A DNA stretch of 64,000 nt from Chrysomallon squamiferum. Taxonomy: Eukaryota > Animalia > Mollusca. A program made the position numbers and the translations under genes. The stretch is from contig CM022670.1 in NCBI GenBank assembly GCA_012295275.1, positions 38,812,001-38,876,000 on the forward strand, given 5' to 3'. Below are positions 42,901 through 55,376 of the stretch, in pieces. The notes below the pieces were generated by a model. The model did not search any database, was not told the DNA's origin, and saw only the letters and a list, made by a program, of their open reading frames with translations. Numbering within the stretch: position 1 is the stretch's first letter; each line of letters opens with the position of its first letter.

Positions 42901-45900
42901 ATCTCATATCATTAGTTTTATCCTAACCATCCGATATTCTCTTAATCAATGAAATCATTTTGCAGAGTTTTCTATTTTTAATAATGTAATATTTTGGATT
43001 AAGTTTTTAATTTTTTTTTAAATATAAATAAAGACTATAAATAAGTTAACAACAATAATAATGATATGAAAAAGCTTTAAAATATTTAACTGTCCATGAT
43101 GCAAAACTTACAGGCAAAATTTTCATAATTATTAGTTTCCTTTTCTAACCTGTTATCTTTTAAATGACACTGTAGTTAAGGGCAATTAACTATTTTTTTT
43201 TACCAAAACTACTTCAATAACAATAAGCAAACAAGAAATACTTCTTTCTCTCTCATTTTAAATTATGAAATTCACAACTGCAGGAACTTATTTGCCAATT
43301 CTGAAATTTTCTAAACTGAATTTCCAGCATCAGAAACAATAATAAACTCAAATCATTAGTTTCATAAGAGGTGTCAGAATTGTTTTCATCAGTTGCTGGT
43401 TATGTAACTCGTGTTCCTTTTCTAACATTGCAAGAATTAACAATTTCTGTTACTCAGGCAGAACTATTTTAATTAAAGAAGAGATTCAGTTATTAGAGAA
43501 ACTGTTATTTTTTTATAAATTCACATTTTTAAAAATATTTTTCAACCTAAATTTTTCTACTTTGAATAAACAATGTCAGGTATTTTCGTAACTGGTTTAA
43601 TTACTGAAATACATACTACACAGACATGCTGATCTGAACACTCTTGTGTAACACACTAGTTTAAATTCCACTTACCACTGCTTGAAGCAGATTTGCCTGC
43701 TGGTCTTGCTGCTGTGCACGCCACACAGGTTTTGGCATCCGACTTATTCTGCAACATACACACGTCACATTCCCAAGCACCAGCTGGCTTTGCAAACTTT
43801 GACAAAAGATCACCCTGAGGTGATGAATTTGTTAGACTACCTGCATGGGAGAGAAACAAAATTATAACATAAAAGAAATTATGAATTATTTATTACTAAA
43901 CACGTTATAAACAGTGATATTATTTAGATCTTTTTAAAATCATTTTCAAAAATAAACTATTAAATGTACAAATCTAACATTATGAGATCTAATAATAATA
44001 ATAATAATAATAATAGCAATATTGTTAATAAATTTTATTTTGATGATGCAGAAGTGTGAGAGAAAAAATAAAATTAAAATATCACATTCTTGAAAAAAAA
44101 AGACCTAAATAAGACAAATAACAAAGACAGGAAAAAAAAAATAAAAAAAAAAAAAATAAAATAAAATAAAATCCTTAAAATTTTGTCATTTTTTAAAATA
44201 ACTATTAATGAATAGTAATTAATGAATTTAAAACAGCATGACCATTTACCTTTGATATTTCTTTTTGACTGACAAGCCACACATATGTCTACATCAGCCT
44301 TGTTGCGAATCATGCACGTATCACATTCCCAGGAACCAGGTGGACTTTTAAACTTTGCCAGCAAGTTATCCGTGTTCTTGTCTTCTGAAATATCAATTGT
44401 AAAATTAACAAATTCATCTCAAGTATAATTAAGCAAAATAAAACAACAAACAAACAAACAAACAGCCATCCCACATAAAATGTTTAAAATAAGACTATAT
44501 TCAATTTAATTTTTAAACTGGCATGTATGAAGGTATATTTAAACAAGTTAAACACCGACAGAAACTACAGATGAAATACCTTTGCTGCTTTCGTCTTTTG
44601 ACCGATCAGATGGTTTGCTGCTATCAGATTTAGGGGGTGCAGATTTTGAGCCAAGAATGTCCATAACACTACCAGTCTTTAAACTGGAAGCAGCCTTAAA
44701 TCCACCAAATATACTGTCCTTAAAGGTGCATGGACTCTGAACCGTTTTGCTATTCAAGTCGTTTGCAGGTTTAAAAACATCTGCAGTAGTCACTTTCCCC
44801 TTTCCCAGATTGTCCACTACACTTCCTTCTCTCAGTTTATTTGCTATTCCAAATCCTTCAAATGAAACAAAGGCAATGCAATTAAAAGCCAACTGCCAAC
44901 CTTAATAATTCAAGTCCATTTTTGTATGGGAAAACAGATCATTTGATGCTTTTGTAATTTATAAACTATTCCAGTAAAGTTTTATCAATATTTTGTAGTG
45001 TACATTTAAAAACTGTAATGTATCTAGATCTATATATGTAGAAGCTATCAAAATAGTAAAGGTGTATGTCTAAAACAAATTGGTAATGATATAATCAATT
45101 ATAACTAAATAAGTAAAACTTACCACCATTTCCTATTGGTGATTTTTGTTTATTTGGTGATCCAAATGCTGAACTTTCAGTTAAACCTTTAGTAGATGTA
45201 TCATCCATTTTTTCTTCTCCCATAGCTGGAAATTTATCATCAACTTTCAATGGTGAACTGAACTTGAATCCCTGAAATCAACAACATTTACTAGCCTGAA
45301 ATCCTCAATATTGTATTAAAAAAAACCCCACCAACTAAACCCCACAATTCTGCATTACAGATAAAACTAAGTTTTTGCTTTTATTTGCCACAATAAAAAC
45401 AATTTATATCCTACTTGATCATCTAACACTCTCTTCCTAACACAAATATATTTTCTGCAAGTTGCTTCAACATTATTTAAACTTTACAGTGGCTAGATAT
45501 TTAAGCAGCAGAGTAATTTTCCACATATGCAAATTTTTCAGCACATTATTCCAGTTGTTGCAAATCAGTTAAAGATTCCAGCACTGACATTAAATTCCAT
45601 AATCATTCATTCCAGACACATACTGGATCAAGACATTACTTGAAACATAAAAATTCAACAGTGAAAATTACAGACTGCTTGTTTGGTAACCAAATTAAAA
45701 AAAGCCTGCAAAATACTTTCACATGATTCTAGTAAATCCAGCATTTATAATTTCTTTTCTTTCTTTTTTTTTCAGATGAAAGTGGTTGATGGGCTGGGGC
45801 ATTTGGAGATCTCAACAGAAATAAGTTCCAACAATTCTTAAATTAAACTACAACTTACCACTTTACGTTGAGATTTCTCCATATTCTGTTGAGGACAAGA

Positions 45901-48900
45901 TTTTATTATGGGTGCCGAAAAAGTGAACTTGAGTTTACTGTGCAAATTTGCTTCTGTAGACAAATTGCTGCTGCCACCAAGTGATGCAGACTTTACTGAG
46001 GGTTTAAATACTGAAGATGACGTTACTGCCGAGCTTACTTGTGTTGACGTTACAGTCTTGCTCACAACTGGAAACTTATCTGTAGGAGAGTTTCCAAACT
46101 GAAATTTGGGCATACTTCCAATTTTCAAAGTCACATCAGTTTGTAAGTTTGGCACCTCCTATAAAAAAGATTTTAAAATTTCATATATCTAATAACTAAA
46201 CAATTTTTCTCTTTTGCTTTCCTTTTTAAATATTAATAATTAAAAAAAAAAAAAAAATTAAAATAAGTATTAACAACAGACTGGAATTTTACAAAACAGA
46301 ACTTTGTTTTATTATTTAGCAAAAAACTTTAAGATTATAAATCACAATATAATTTTGAAAAGTAGATGTTAGACAAATTTCAACTACATTTTTTTAAAGA
46401 GCAGATATATACATGTAAGTAACAATTTTTTTACAAGCTAACGTGTGATTAACTAAGTACTCACAATAATTTCTTCATCCTCCTGTCTCTTAGAAACATG
46501 CTGACTGTAGCTTTTGTTTCGTTTCATCTTCCCACTAAATCCTCCACTACCTGGCAGCTGTTCCAATGGTAAAGCATCTGTGCGAGTTACCCTGCAAAAA
46601 TGTAAACAAAATCTATAAAAGAAACTGGTATACTTAGTATTTTTCTTTAGGTTGAAAGTTTATGTGCTTTCCAAATTCTTAAAAATATTGTAGCAATAAG
46701 AGAAAATAATAAAGAAAAAAAAGTTACAAAAATCTGTAAATTATATTTTTGTGTCCTGAATGATGAATTACTAAATAAATAATTTCTTTGAACGAAACCA
46801 ATTGCTGTTGAGATAAGTATCCATGAATATATTATCTTGTAAAATAACTTACGTTGTTTCTGGCTTTTGTTTTCTTGTTTCTGATGTTTCCACTTCCTGA
46901 AATGAAAATTACACAGAATGAACAACAAATCAGAAACAGATAAAAACTATAATAGATTAAAAAAAACACCTTAAAATATTGCCATTTATTTAATTAGAAA
47001 AATTCCATTCAAATCCTATTCATTTTCACTTGCCTATTAAGTGTGGGTTTTTTTTTAAATAGATTTGTTACTGTGATTATTTTTGGACTTTTTCAAATAT
47101 TCAGAAACTTTTTAAAAAAAGGAGGTGTAAAACGAAACATAGGTTACCCGTGAAGTGACATCCTGAATGTAAGGAATCCGCGATGATGTGGGAGTGGCAG
47201 ACAGAGATTGTCGGTTTCTGGCTATGGAGGCAATGTATGGAGTTCTCAGCTGAGTGGTAGGTGGAGAACGTGATCGCATCTGAAAAACACATTTAGAAAA
47301 AACAATGTATATCATTTTACTTAAATCTGAAAATGTTAATGGATTCAAGTGTGATTTAAAAAAAAAAAAAAAAAAATAGTATTTTTTTTTGTAAATCATT
47401 GAATGGATTAAAAAGATAATTTAAATAAAAGTAAGACTATCTCAGTGCAGATATCAGTTCATGATTTATTATAATTTGCCTTCTTTTATATATATTCCAC
47501 AGAGGTCACCAAAGTTGGACAAAAGACATTAAAAACAATAGCACAATTTTAATTAATAAAAAAGACATGTAAGTTATGATTGAGCTAGGAAGATCATTTT
47601 ACATGATGAACATATTCAGATTTGCCTTTTTTTATTGTACATGATGGAAACTATTTCACTAAAAGATCAAAAAATTTGTCTGAAAGGTTGTACTAGATTA
47701 TAATGTTATGGAAATTTTGAAGGGATGCTGAAAAAAGTGCTCAAAATGTTACAGTTTGTTTGGAACAATGATGATGCTTTTTTAAAAGACAATTTAATAA
47801 CAAAATATAAAACAAACCTCAAAGGGCCGCTGAGTTAAACTAGTAGACTGGAAAGACATTCTTCGAGACTGTCTTCTGTAACTGTTTGGCTGGAAACAAA
47901 TATACAATACATTTTTATTTGTGCATGATGTGGAATGAATTACACAAAATTATATATTAATGCAATATTACATTTACACTGTGTTTTTGTTTGTTTTTTT
48001 CACTACAACATAAATATTAAAATATTAATTTAGTTTACTAAAAACTCTAGAACCTACCGTGAAAGACAAAACAGAATCAGCCATTGAAGAATCATTTGAT
48101 GGTATTTTTTTGGCATCCTGAAACAAAAAAAATAAACCATACAATTAAAAAAATGAACCAGACATTTAAACAAAAAAAAAAGAAGAAAAAAAGAAAAGAA
48201 AACAAGTATTTGGTGAAATAGGATAAGCTGAAAATCTGTTTAGAAATGGTGCTTACTGATAAAGGTGTTGACATCCTCTCAAGAGTTTCTAAAATCCTCT
48301 GCGACATGGAACTAGTGACTGCTCCCGTTGTAAAAGATGTGTTCTGAATCTTGGCTTTCACAGGCTTTCTGATTGGCAATGCTTTCTGAAAAAAGATAAA
48401 ATAGATGAGTGACTGCTTCTCAGTTTAAAACAGTGCAGAATTTTACATAAATTTTTAAACTTCTGAAAGATTTACAAAAAAGAAACATTCTGAAACACAT
48501 AAAATAGATGACTCACTACTTATTTAAAAGTGCCAAATTTTATACAAATTCTGAAAAAAAAAAAAAACAACATTCTAAAACAAATTAAATAGGTGAAGTT
48601 TAAAATATTTCTGAATTTTACATAAATTAATAAAATTCTGAAAGTTATAAAAAAAAATTAAATCAATAATTTTACAATTTTTAAAAAAACTTTCAAATGT
48701 ATATTCATTAAAATGAACAGTTCAATATTAAAAATGTGTAAACATATCACAAATACCTGATAAGGAGCAGACACATTAAGTCTAGGCCTTCTATAAGCTG
48801 ATATACCACCATACGTAGTCCTACCAGAATAAAATGTTGATTCATGAGTAGTCTCCCCTGGAACTGATGTACTCTGAAAATTATTCAAGATCAATAAATT

Positions 48901-51900
48901 ATAAAACAATACTGACAACTACATTCTCATTTTATTTATTACTTAGCAATCTGTTAACACTGTGAATTCATCAAAATACCAGTTTTATTTACTTTTTTCA
49001 AAATACTATTTTGTTAATTACGACTCAAATAAAATATAAATCATACCAATGGTGACACAGACAGCAAGACATTAAATGACGGTTTCTCTTTTACAGCTGG
49101 TTTAAGATGTCTTCCTTTCCTTTGGTTTTGTGTTGTCCAACAGAGAAGAGTGGATGTATCCCTATCCGAATCTGAAAAAAGCAGATAAAAAAAAAAAAAT
49201 AATTCATCAAATTCTTTTCTGTATTTCAAAAGCAAAACAATTTTGACATTATTTCACAAAAGTAATAATAAAAATAATGTTTTCGTATTTTATACCATCT
49301 CTATTAGGCTGTTCCTTTTCAACCACATTCTCGTCTGCTCTTGCTTCAGAGGGTGCACTCTCTAATTGTCTGTCAGCAGCTGGAGCATGCCTAGTTGGTA
49401 ACCGAGTTTCAAGAAATGGAGCAGGAGGCAGCCGCTGGTATTCCACCTGTGGCTCTGGCTTCTTCTGTTGTGAAGTGCCTGGCCGATTTTCACCGCGACG
49501 AGGTATCACTGTTGAAGAACTACTTGCTGAATGGGATGTAGCTTTTTGTGAGGCACCACCTGATTAACAGAAATGTTTGGGGATGAATTACTACTGTAAC
49601 TAAACAAATATTCTAAAAGGACTAAATTATAAATGTACATGTGAAGGGGCACACTTTATAATTCCAAGCTGCTGGTTTCATTTATAGCAAAGAAACCTGA
49701 TCTAATATGTATGTATGTATAACATCAAAATATACTTTAGCAATTTTTTCATTTATCATGATGCCCATTTAACTAAAACTGAATGAATAAATGAATGAAT
49801 GTTTAAAAAAAAAATGTATCATTTTTATTGGGAGTCAAATCAAAGGTAAATACTACAAAATGGTGATTATTTTATATATAAAACTTCAAAAATTAATTAA
49901 AACACAGTGCATAAATAAAAGTATAGTAAGTTTAATTCAGTTTAACTAGAAAAACAATTGTAACACATACATATAAATATAATAATTTTTTATGAAATGT
50001 CATAAAAAAATAAACAAACATCTGTTTTCTTTGCATTTCAATTGCTTGTTATAAAAGCTAAACAATTATTTTTGCTGTTATTTGTTTGTATCTGACTCAT
50101 TTACTGCAACAATAATTTTTATAACTCTAGAAAAACCATCAAAAGATTTTTTTTAATGTTTTTAAAATGCTAATACTGTCATTTTAAATAAGCAGAATAT
50201 GATTCAAATGTTCAGATAGTTGAAACTAACATACCATAAGATGTTGATTCTCCATGAGTTTGAGAATGCAACTGTGAGAACTGCAACTGAGAAGAAGAAA
50301 AAGGATTCTGTGGCAGTTTAGTTGTACTGGTTTGCGAATGAAATGCAGCTGATGGTGCCTTTTCATTGGAAACAGGTTGAACAATGGAATTTGACAATGA
50401 ACTTGGAAGGTGTTTGTCCTAAAGAAAAACAATTGAAATATTAAAATGAAATAAAATATTAAAACCTTGAAAGTACTTAGCGGAATGTGAAACCTTTCTG
50501 CTGACAGTCCCAATACAAATATAAACTGATAACATATTTGAACAATATTTAAGAAATGTATATCCAAAAGACTAACATTAAGTATATTAGTTTTATAAAA
50601 AAAAATATATATATTTAACAAAACTTCATACTTTTTTCTCACTCTGAAAACAAATGTAACAAAATTTAAGGTATAAAAATCTCAATAACAAAAATACCCA
50701 TACATGTCCAGGTAAATCTTTCAAAACAGGTATTGTTTTGTAAAGTTAGAATTTATTTTATAAATCAAGAATATATATGTATAAAACTCAACAAATTTAT
50801 AATTTGCAAAAATGAATAAAATCTTCTCTAAAATGAGAAATATATATAACCATAAACAAATTTTAATTGTACAAAGCTTTTTTTAATTCTGCAGATAAAT
50901 CAAATGCCTGCTTCAATATTTCAACAATCCATATAAAAAATATTAAACATATGTCTGAACTTTATGTGATTTTTCACATTCTTTCCCATCTTGTAAAGCA
51001 AAATACCTCTTCATCATCATCAATCAAAACTTCTGTATCATCAGGTTCTTTAGATGAATGCTTCTTTGAAACAGTGGACATGAAGTCTGTTAGCCATGAA
51101 GGTGCCAATAGATCTTTCATAGTTTCCTTTACTTTTCCAAGTAATGACTACAAATAAAAAAAACATCAATAAAAGTCAAACTGCTTACATTAAATGATTA
51201 ATCAACACTAGTGCCTAGTAGTGGTAACTATTGATTTAAATTTCATTATATTGTATTTACATTTTTTTTTTTTTTTTAAGTTTCTATCCACAGCATTATA
51301 AATAATGGAAGATGTACTTATAACTTGGGTGATCATGAATACTATAAATGCTTTAACATTTTGTTATTTGAATGATCTAGAGGAAATTGCAGTTTATGTC
51401 TACTTTGCCAGCACATTTTAAAAAACATTTTACTTCAATTTGTTTTACTGCTGCTAGTGCAATTCTAAGAAGTTTGATTTGTCAGATCAAGATTCAATGT
51501 TTATTTTTTATCAATAAAATAAATATTTGTTTTCATGAGCCTCCAAAATGTTAAAACTGTTGTCTTTCAGTGGTGCATATCTGCTTCTACATGTTTTTTT
51601 TATAAATTGTTCTCAAATTTCTCTTTATTTTTATTCCGTATTTGATAGTTCTAAATGTGTCTCTAGTTTTAAGATCATTAAAAACAAAGTATCTGAATGA
51701 TTATCAAAAGTTCTGAATATTTTTATTAATTTTTTTTTAACTATACGTTGAGATGAGACAAAAATGAATTGAAGTGAACTGGAATTACCAGTTAGATAAG
51801 TGAATGTAAGCTTAGGTAGTTCTGTATGAGCTTTCTGTATTAGCACTAACAGCATACAATTAAAAACAAACAGCAGTATATTAATATTAATATTCGATAA

Positions 51901-52206
51901 ATCCTGTGACAAACAAAGTGGTAATAAATTGGGATAAGGTTAAGTGTTGCATTTATTAAATCAAGATACATCTATATGGTTCATTAAGCACTATGATGAT
52001 CAAAGATAGTTAATCTGCAATTTAAAAAATATAATGCGTCTTAAGTTGCGCGCTTTAAACTATCACCTCTCCAACATGTAAATTAACTGTAACCACCACA
52101 ATTTCGCTCACGTGTTTTACACTGATCTTACCTTCCGTCTTTCGTAAGGCTTAGAAGACACATTACTTTTTTTTGCTTTTATCTTGCCTCCGCCTTCAGA
52201 GGCCAT
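36995..52206 (-). CDS. NUP153: Nuclear pore basket protein Nup153, about 1541 aa
   Basis: 25 GT-AG exons in frame (5' to 3'): 52206-52132, 51147-51007, 50418-50235, 49559-49296, 49171-49047, 48873-48757, 48385-48257, 48117-48058, 47889-47818, 47279-47148, 46896-46853, 46591-46465, 46158-45859, 45271-45124, 44855-44580, 44384-44250, 43840-43676, 41465-41319, 41081-40188, 40025-39792, 39554-39411, 39062-38637, 38388-38303, 37798-37659, 37055-36995. Hallmarks: N-terminal GGGKIK...KPYER; FYSGRTTYGG; VTSSMSQRILETLERMSTPLSDAKKIP; three W-x-C-x2-C-x3-N-x6-C-x2-C RanBP2 fingers; FxFG repeats; C-terminal GRKIKKAVRKIKK*. Confidence 0.95.
38087..38165 (-). ncRNA. SNORD60: Box C/D snoRNA, U60/SNORD60-like, copy 1 (NUP153 intron 23)
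   Basis: Minus strand TCCAGCA-AC-TGATGA(C)-AAACAA-TTCTGACACCTCTT(guide)-ATGA(D')-...-CTGA(D)-TGCTGGA. 7-bp terminal stem; sense to the host gene; guide complementary to the conserved 28S segment AAGAGGUGUCAGAA. Confidence 0.85.
41622..41696 (-). ncRNA. SNORD60: Box C/D snoRNA, U60/SNORD60-like, copy 2 (NUP153 intron 17)
   Basis: Same CCAGCA/TGCTGG stem, C box, guide and D box. D' is the canonical CTGA in this copy, which fixes the D' position. Confidence 0.87.
42058..42132 (-). ncRNA. SNORD60: Box C/D snoRNA, U60/SNORD60-like, copy 3 (NUP153 intron 17)
   Basis: Stem, C box, guide TTCTGACACCTCTT, D' ATGA, C'-like ATGATTT and D CTGA all intact. Confidence 0.85.
42875..42921 (-). pseudogene. 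Truncated, decayed snoRNA copy (3' half only)
   Basis: ttccagca-cag...ctcatatcattagttttat aligns to the 3' half of the intact copies; D box broken; guide and C box absent. Confidence 0.55.
43324..43399 (-). ncRNA. SNORD60: Box C/D snoRNA, U60/SNORD60-like, copy 4 (NUP153 intron 17)
   Basis: Stem, C box, guide, D' ATGA and D CTGA all intact. Confidence 0.85.
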
Positions 52207-52309
52207 TCTTACTGTTTTATTCAATATTTACACTCAGTAACATTTATTTACTATCTTACAATACGTTAAACAAACTAATATTCTCCATCGAGTGTCTGAC
52301 TGTTTCTCA

Positions 52310-52347
52310 CCAAAGATGGCGGCAACATTACTCTTTAGTGATTGGTT
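52310..52347 (-). promoter_or_regulatory. NUP153 promoter: YY1 motif and CCAAT box
   Basis: AAGATGGCGGC (YY1 consensus) at 52313-52323 and ATTGG at 52341-52345, about 110-140 bp upstream of the ATG. Confidence 0.6.
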
Positions 52348-53721
52348 AAAAGGCAAAGAACATGCATAGACTTTAGTTTAAAGTTTATTTCCGCTAAGTG
52401 CAATAACTCTTTGAATTGTCTTTTTAAAAAAATTTTGTTATCATTCGAAGAAAGAATATAACATTAATAATAATAATAATATTAATAATAATAATAATAA
52501 ATTAATTAATTAATTAATTAATTAATAATTCATTATTTATAATATTCTAAATTTTTATCAAACAAGATTTTGCTAAGAATAAAAAAATCGGCTCAAAAAT
52601 TAAGTGAAAAAGTTCGCTATTTTAACTCTATTATTACGTTACCACTGCATGAATTTCTGTAAAATGGAAATGCCTGCACTGTTTTCAAACTTTCAGTTTA
52701 TAAAGGAGAAAAATATTTTATGACTTTAATTTACTTCCTTATAACAATTATTATTACTGCCATTATTAAACGGCGTGGCTTTAATTTATTTTATTTGTTT
52801 TATTATTATTTATTTATTTATTTATTTATTTTTTTTTAATTCTTGTTTTTTAACTTAAGTTTTTACGTTGGTGATATTATTTTTATTATTATTATTATTA
52901 TTATTATAAATAAATGGTGGTATTTTGCTTGTTTCTGGCGACCATTACAGATAATTAAAAAGTATGGCTGTTAAATACTGCTATTATTAAACGTTTGTGT
53001 GCGCTCTCTTTCTCCTTTACAGCTGTTAGTAGCATACGATGAGTAATTTTTCAAAGCCTCCAAAATACGAACTTCGTGTTATTTATAGCAATACATAAAC
53101 TGTAAGAAATATAATAAGGAAATTATTAACATAAAGCGTTATCTTTATTTAAATAAGCTGAATGTAAGAATTAAAAGGACGATAGCTAGGGTTAAAATAT
53201 ATCCACTAAGAACAAAGAAAGTGTTAATGATGTTTAATGACAAAATACTAACTTTCTTTCCTTTTAAGAAACTAAAATATTACTCAGCATTTCTTCTTTA
53301 TTTCATTGCTTCATATTTTAACATACAGCTAAATGAAAATGCAGTTAGTGAAATCAAATATTGCTATAAGACTGATCCTTCACCAGCGTTTCATCTGATC
53401 AACTTCAGTGATACTTTTCTAACCGAAATAGTGTTTGATGAAACGAAAAGGCGTCAAATGAATTTATTATTATTATTATTATTATTATTTTATTAGAAAT
53501 ACTTTACAAATGCAAAATCTATTTATTAATGTCAACTGTATATTGCTTTTTAAACATGTCAGTATTTTTCTTTCAAATATGTACAGTTAAATGTCTTTCG
53601 TGATCTGGATATTCCAAGTTATTTTATTTCAGCGACTTATATAATTTAAATTAAGGGATGATGGGATGTTAATAATATTTTATAATATTAATACATTTAA
53701 AAGAAAACAACAAAAAGAACT

Positions 53722-53758
<37 letters not shown>

Positions 53759-54308
53759 ATGATAGTTTTTCGAGCGGAAGTCACTTTAGCTTGCATCAGA
53801 TTGTATCATATAACATAAGCTGCACATAATTATAAAATTTTCTAATTTTTTTATGTTATTCCTCCCCCCTCTAGAATGAAGTCGCAGTTTGCATAATGTT
53901 AATTAACGACACTTTATGTTGCTTATATGCAACACAGATATTAGCCTAGATTAAATACCAAATGCTGCCTTCAAAAATTAAAACATTAAACAATTTTAAA
54001 ACATTATTCACAGTGTGCAGAACTAATAATACAGTTTTGATAGGCTTTCATGGTCAGGTAATATCGTTTAATGCTCAAACGGTTAATAATAATCGTTTTT
54101 CTCACAATGGCCGTTTTTATCTATCTGTCCGTCTTTCTGTCTGTTTATTTATTTATTTATCTGTAAATCATGCAACGTGAACAAATCTTTCAGTTATTTA
54201 CTTTTAGGAAAATTATTTTTACATATCTGAAATAATGGCCATCTTTTGGAAACAGTATACAGTGAATTCCTTTTAAATGAAATTTTTAAATATTTAATGA
54301 ATAAATGG

Positions 54309-54363
<55 letters not shown>

Positions 54364-54564
54364 ATTATTATTATTATTATTTGTTATTGTTATTTGTCTT
54401 CTTTTTCTTTAATAATGAATCTCGTATAAATCTGCTAGTGACAAAAAATATTTGAATCTTTTTTGTTCCAGTTTGTTTCTTTTGGTTTTATTCTCTTATT
54501 GTTATTATTATTTTATGTATTTATTCATTTATTCATGTTTATTAATTTTTATTTATTTATTTGT

Positions 54565-54619
<55 letters not shown>

Positions 54620-54621
<2 letters not shown>

Positions 54622-55335
54622 GTAATACCTCGAGTTACGAGTGCTCCAACTTACGAGATTTCCGAGTTACGAGAAGTCGCCCGAGCTTTGAGTTGCGAGC
54701 AAAAATCCGAGTTACGAGCTAGATTCAGCTACGCTGCCGATAGTTGGCGCAATGAACAAACCACACCCGCGACTCATTCTTTTACTTCACGTGGTTACCT
54801 CGCCGCGGTTAACTCTGTTGTGCTATGCTCGCGATTTGTGCAGTATTTTGACAAATTTCCATGGATCTTAAGAAAGTGAGTGCAAAGGACACTGTTGAAA
54901 AGAAGAAGCGGATGATGTCCTTTGAATTAAAACATGAATTCGTAGAAAAATGAGCGAGGTGTGCATGTAATCGACTTGGCTAGGCAGTACGAGCATAGTA
55001 CGTCTACGATATGTACCATATTGAAGCAGAAGGAGTCGATAAAGGCTATACCTCCAGAAAAGATGGAGAAACCCTAACCTTGTACTCTTTACAAAACCAA
55101 TTTATTTCTTTACATTCTCTTTTATTTTGTTTAATATACAAATATTTGTCATTTATATATACATTTACTTATTTAAAAATACGTTACAAAAAATAAGGGT
55201 GGTTTTTGGGGGGGCTGGAACGGATTAATGGCATATCAGTTAATTTTATTAGGGAAAATTGGTTTGATATACGAGCAAACTGAGTTACGATCTCGGTCAC
55301 GGAACGAATTAAACTCGTAGGTCAAGGTACCACTG
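54620..55335 (+). mobile_element. Internally deleted Tigger/pogo (Tc1-mariner superfamily) DNA transposon
   Basis: Imperfect 23-bp TIRs (left CAGTAATACCTCGAGTTACGAGT; right, reverse-complemented, CAGTGGTACCTTGACCTACGAGT). Repeated subterminal GAGTTACGAG motifs; flanked by TA/CA runs; GC-richer than its surroundings. Confidence 0.9.
54861..55056 (+). pseudogene. Frameshifted N-terminal fragment of a Tigger transposase (CENP-B-type HTH)
   Basis: MDLKKVSAKDTVEKKKRMMSFELKHEFVEK / frameshift at about 54951 / ERGVHVIDLARQYEHSTSTICTILKQKESIKAIP; no DDE domain remains. Confidence 0.85.
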
Positions 55336-55341
55336 CATATA

Positions 55342-55376
<35 letters not shown>

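Noticed and set aside
41622-43399. Repeated ~76-nt unit considered as a CRISPR-like array or MITE
   Set aside because: Irregular spacing, eukaryotic intron context, and C/D boxes with an rRNA guide explain it as snoRNA.
45550-45820. C/D-like motifs and a short open frame in NUP153 intron 13
   Set aside because: Degenerate C box, only about 8 nt of possible rRNA complementarity, and no good splice pair.
54463-55196. ORFs 54463-54879 and 55011-55196
   Set aside because: Off-frame readings through microsatellite and the Tigger element; the real remnant is in other frames.
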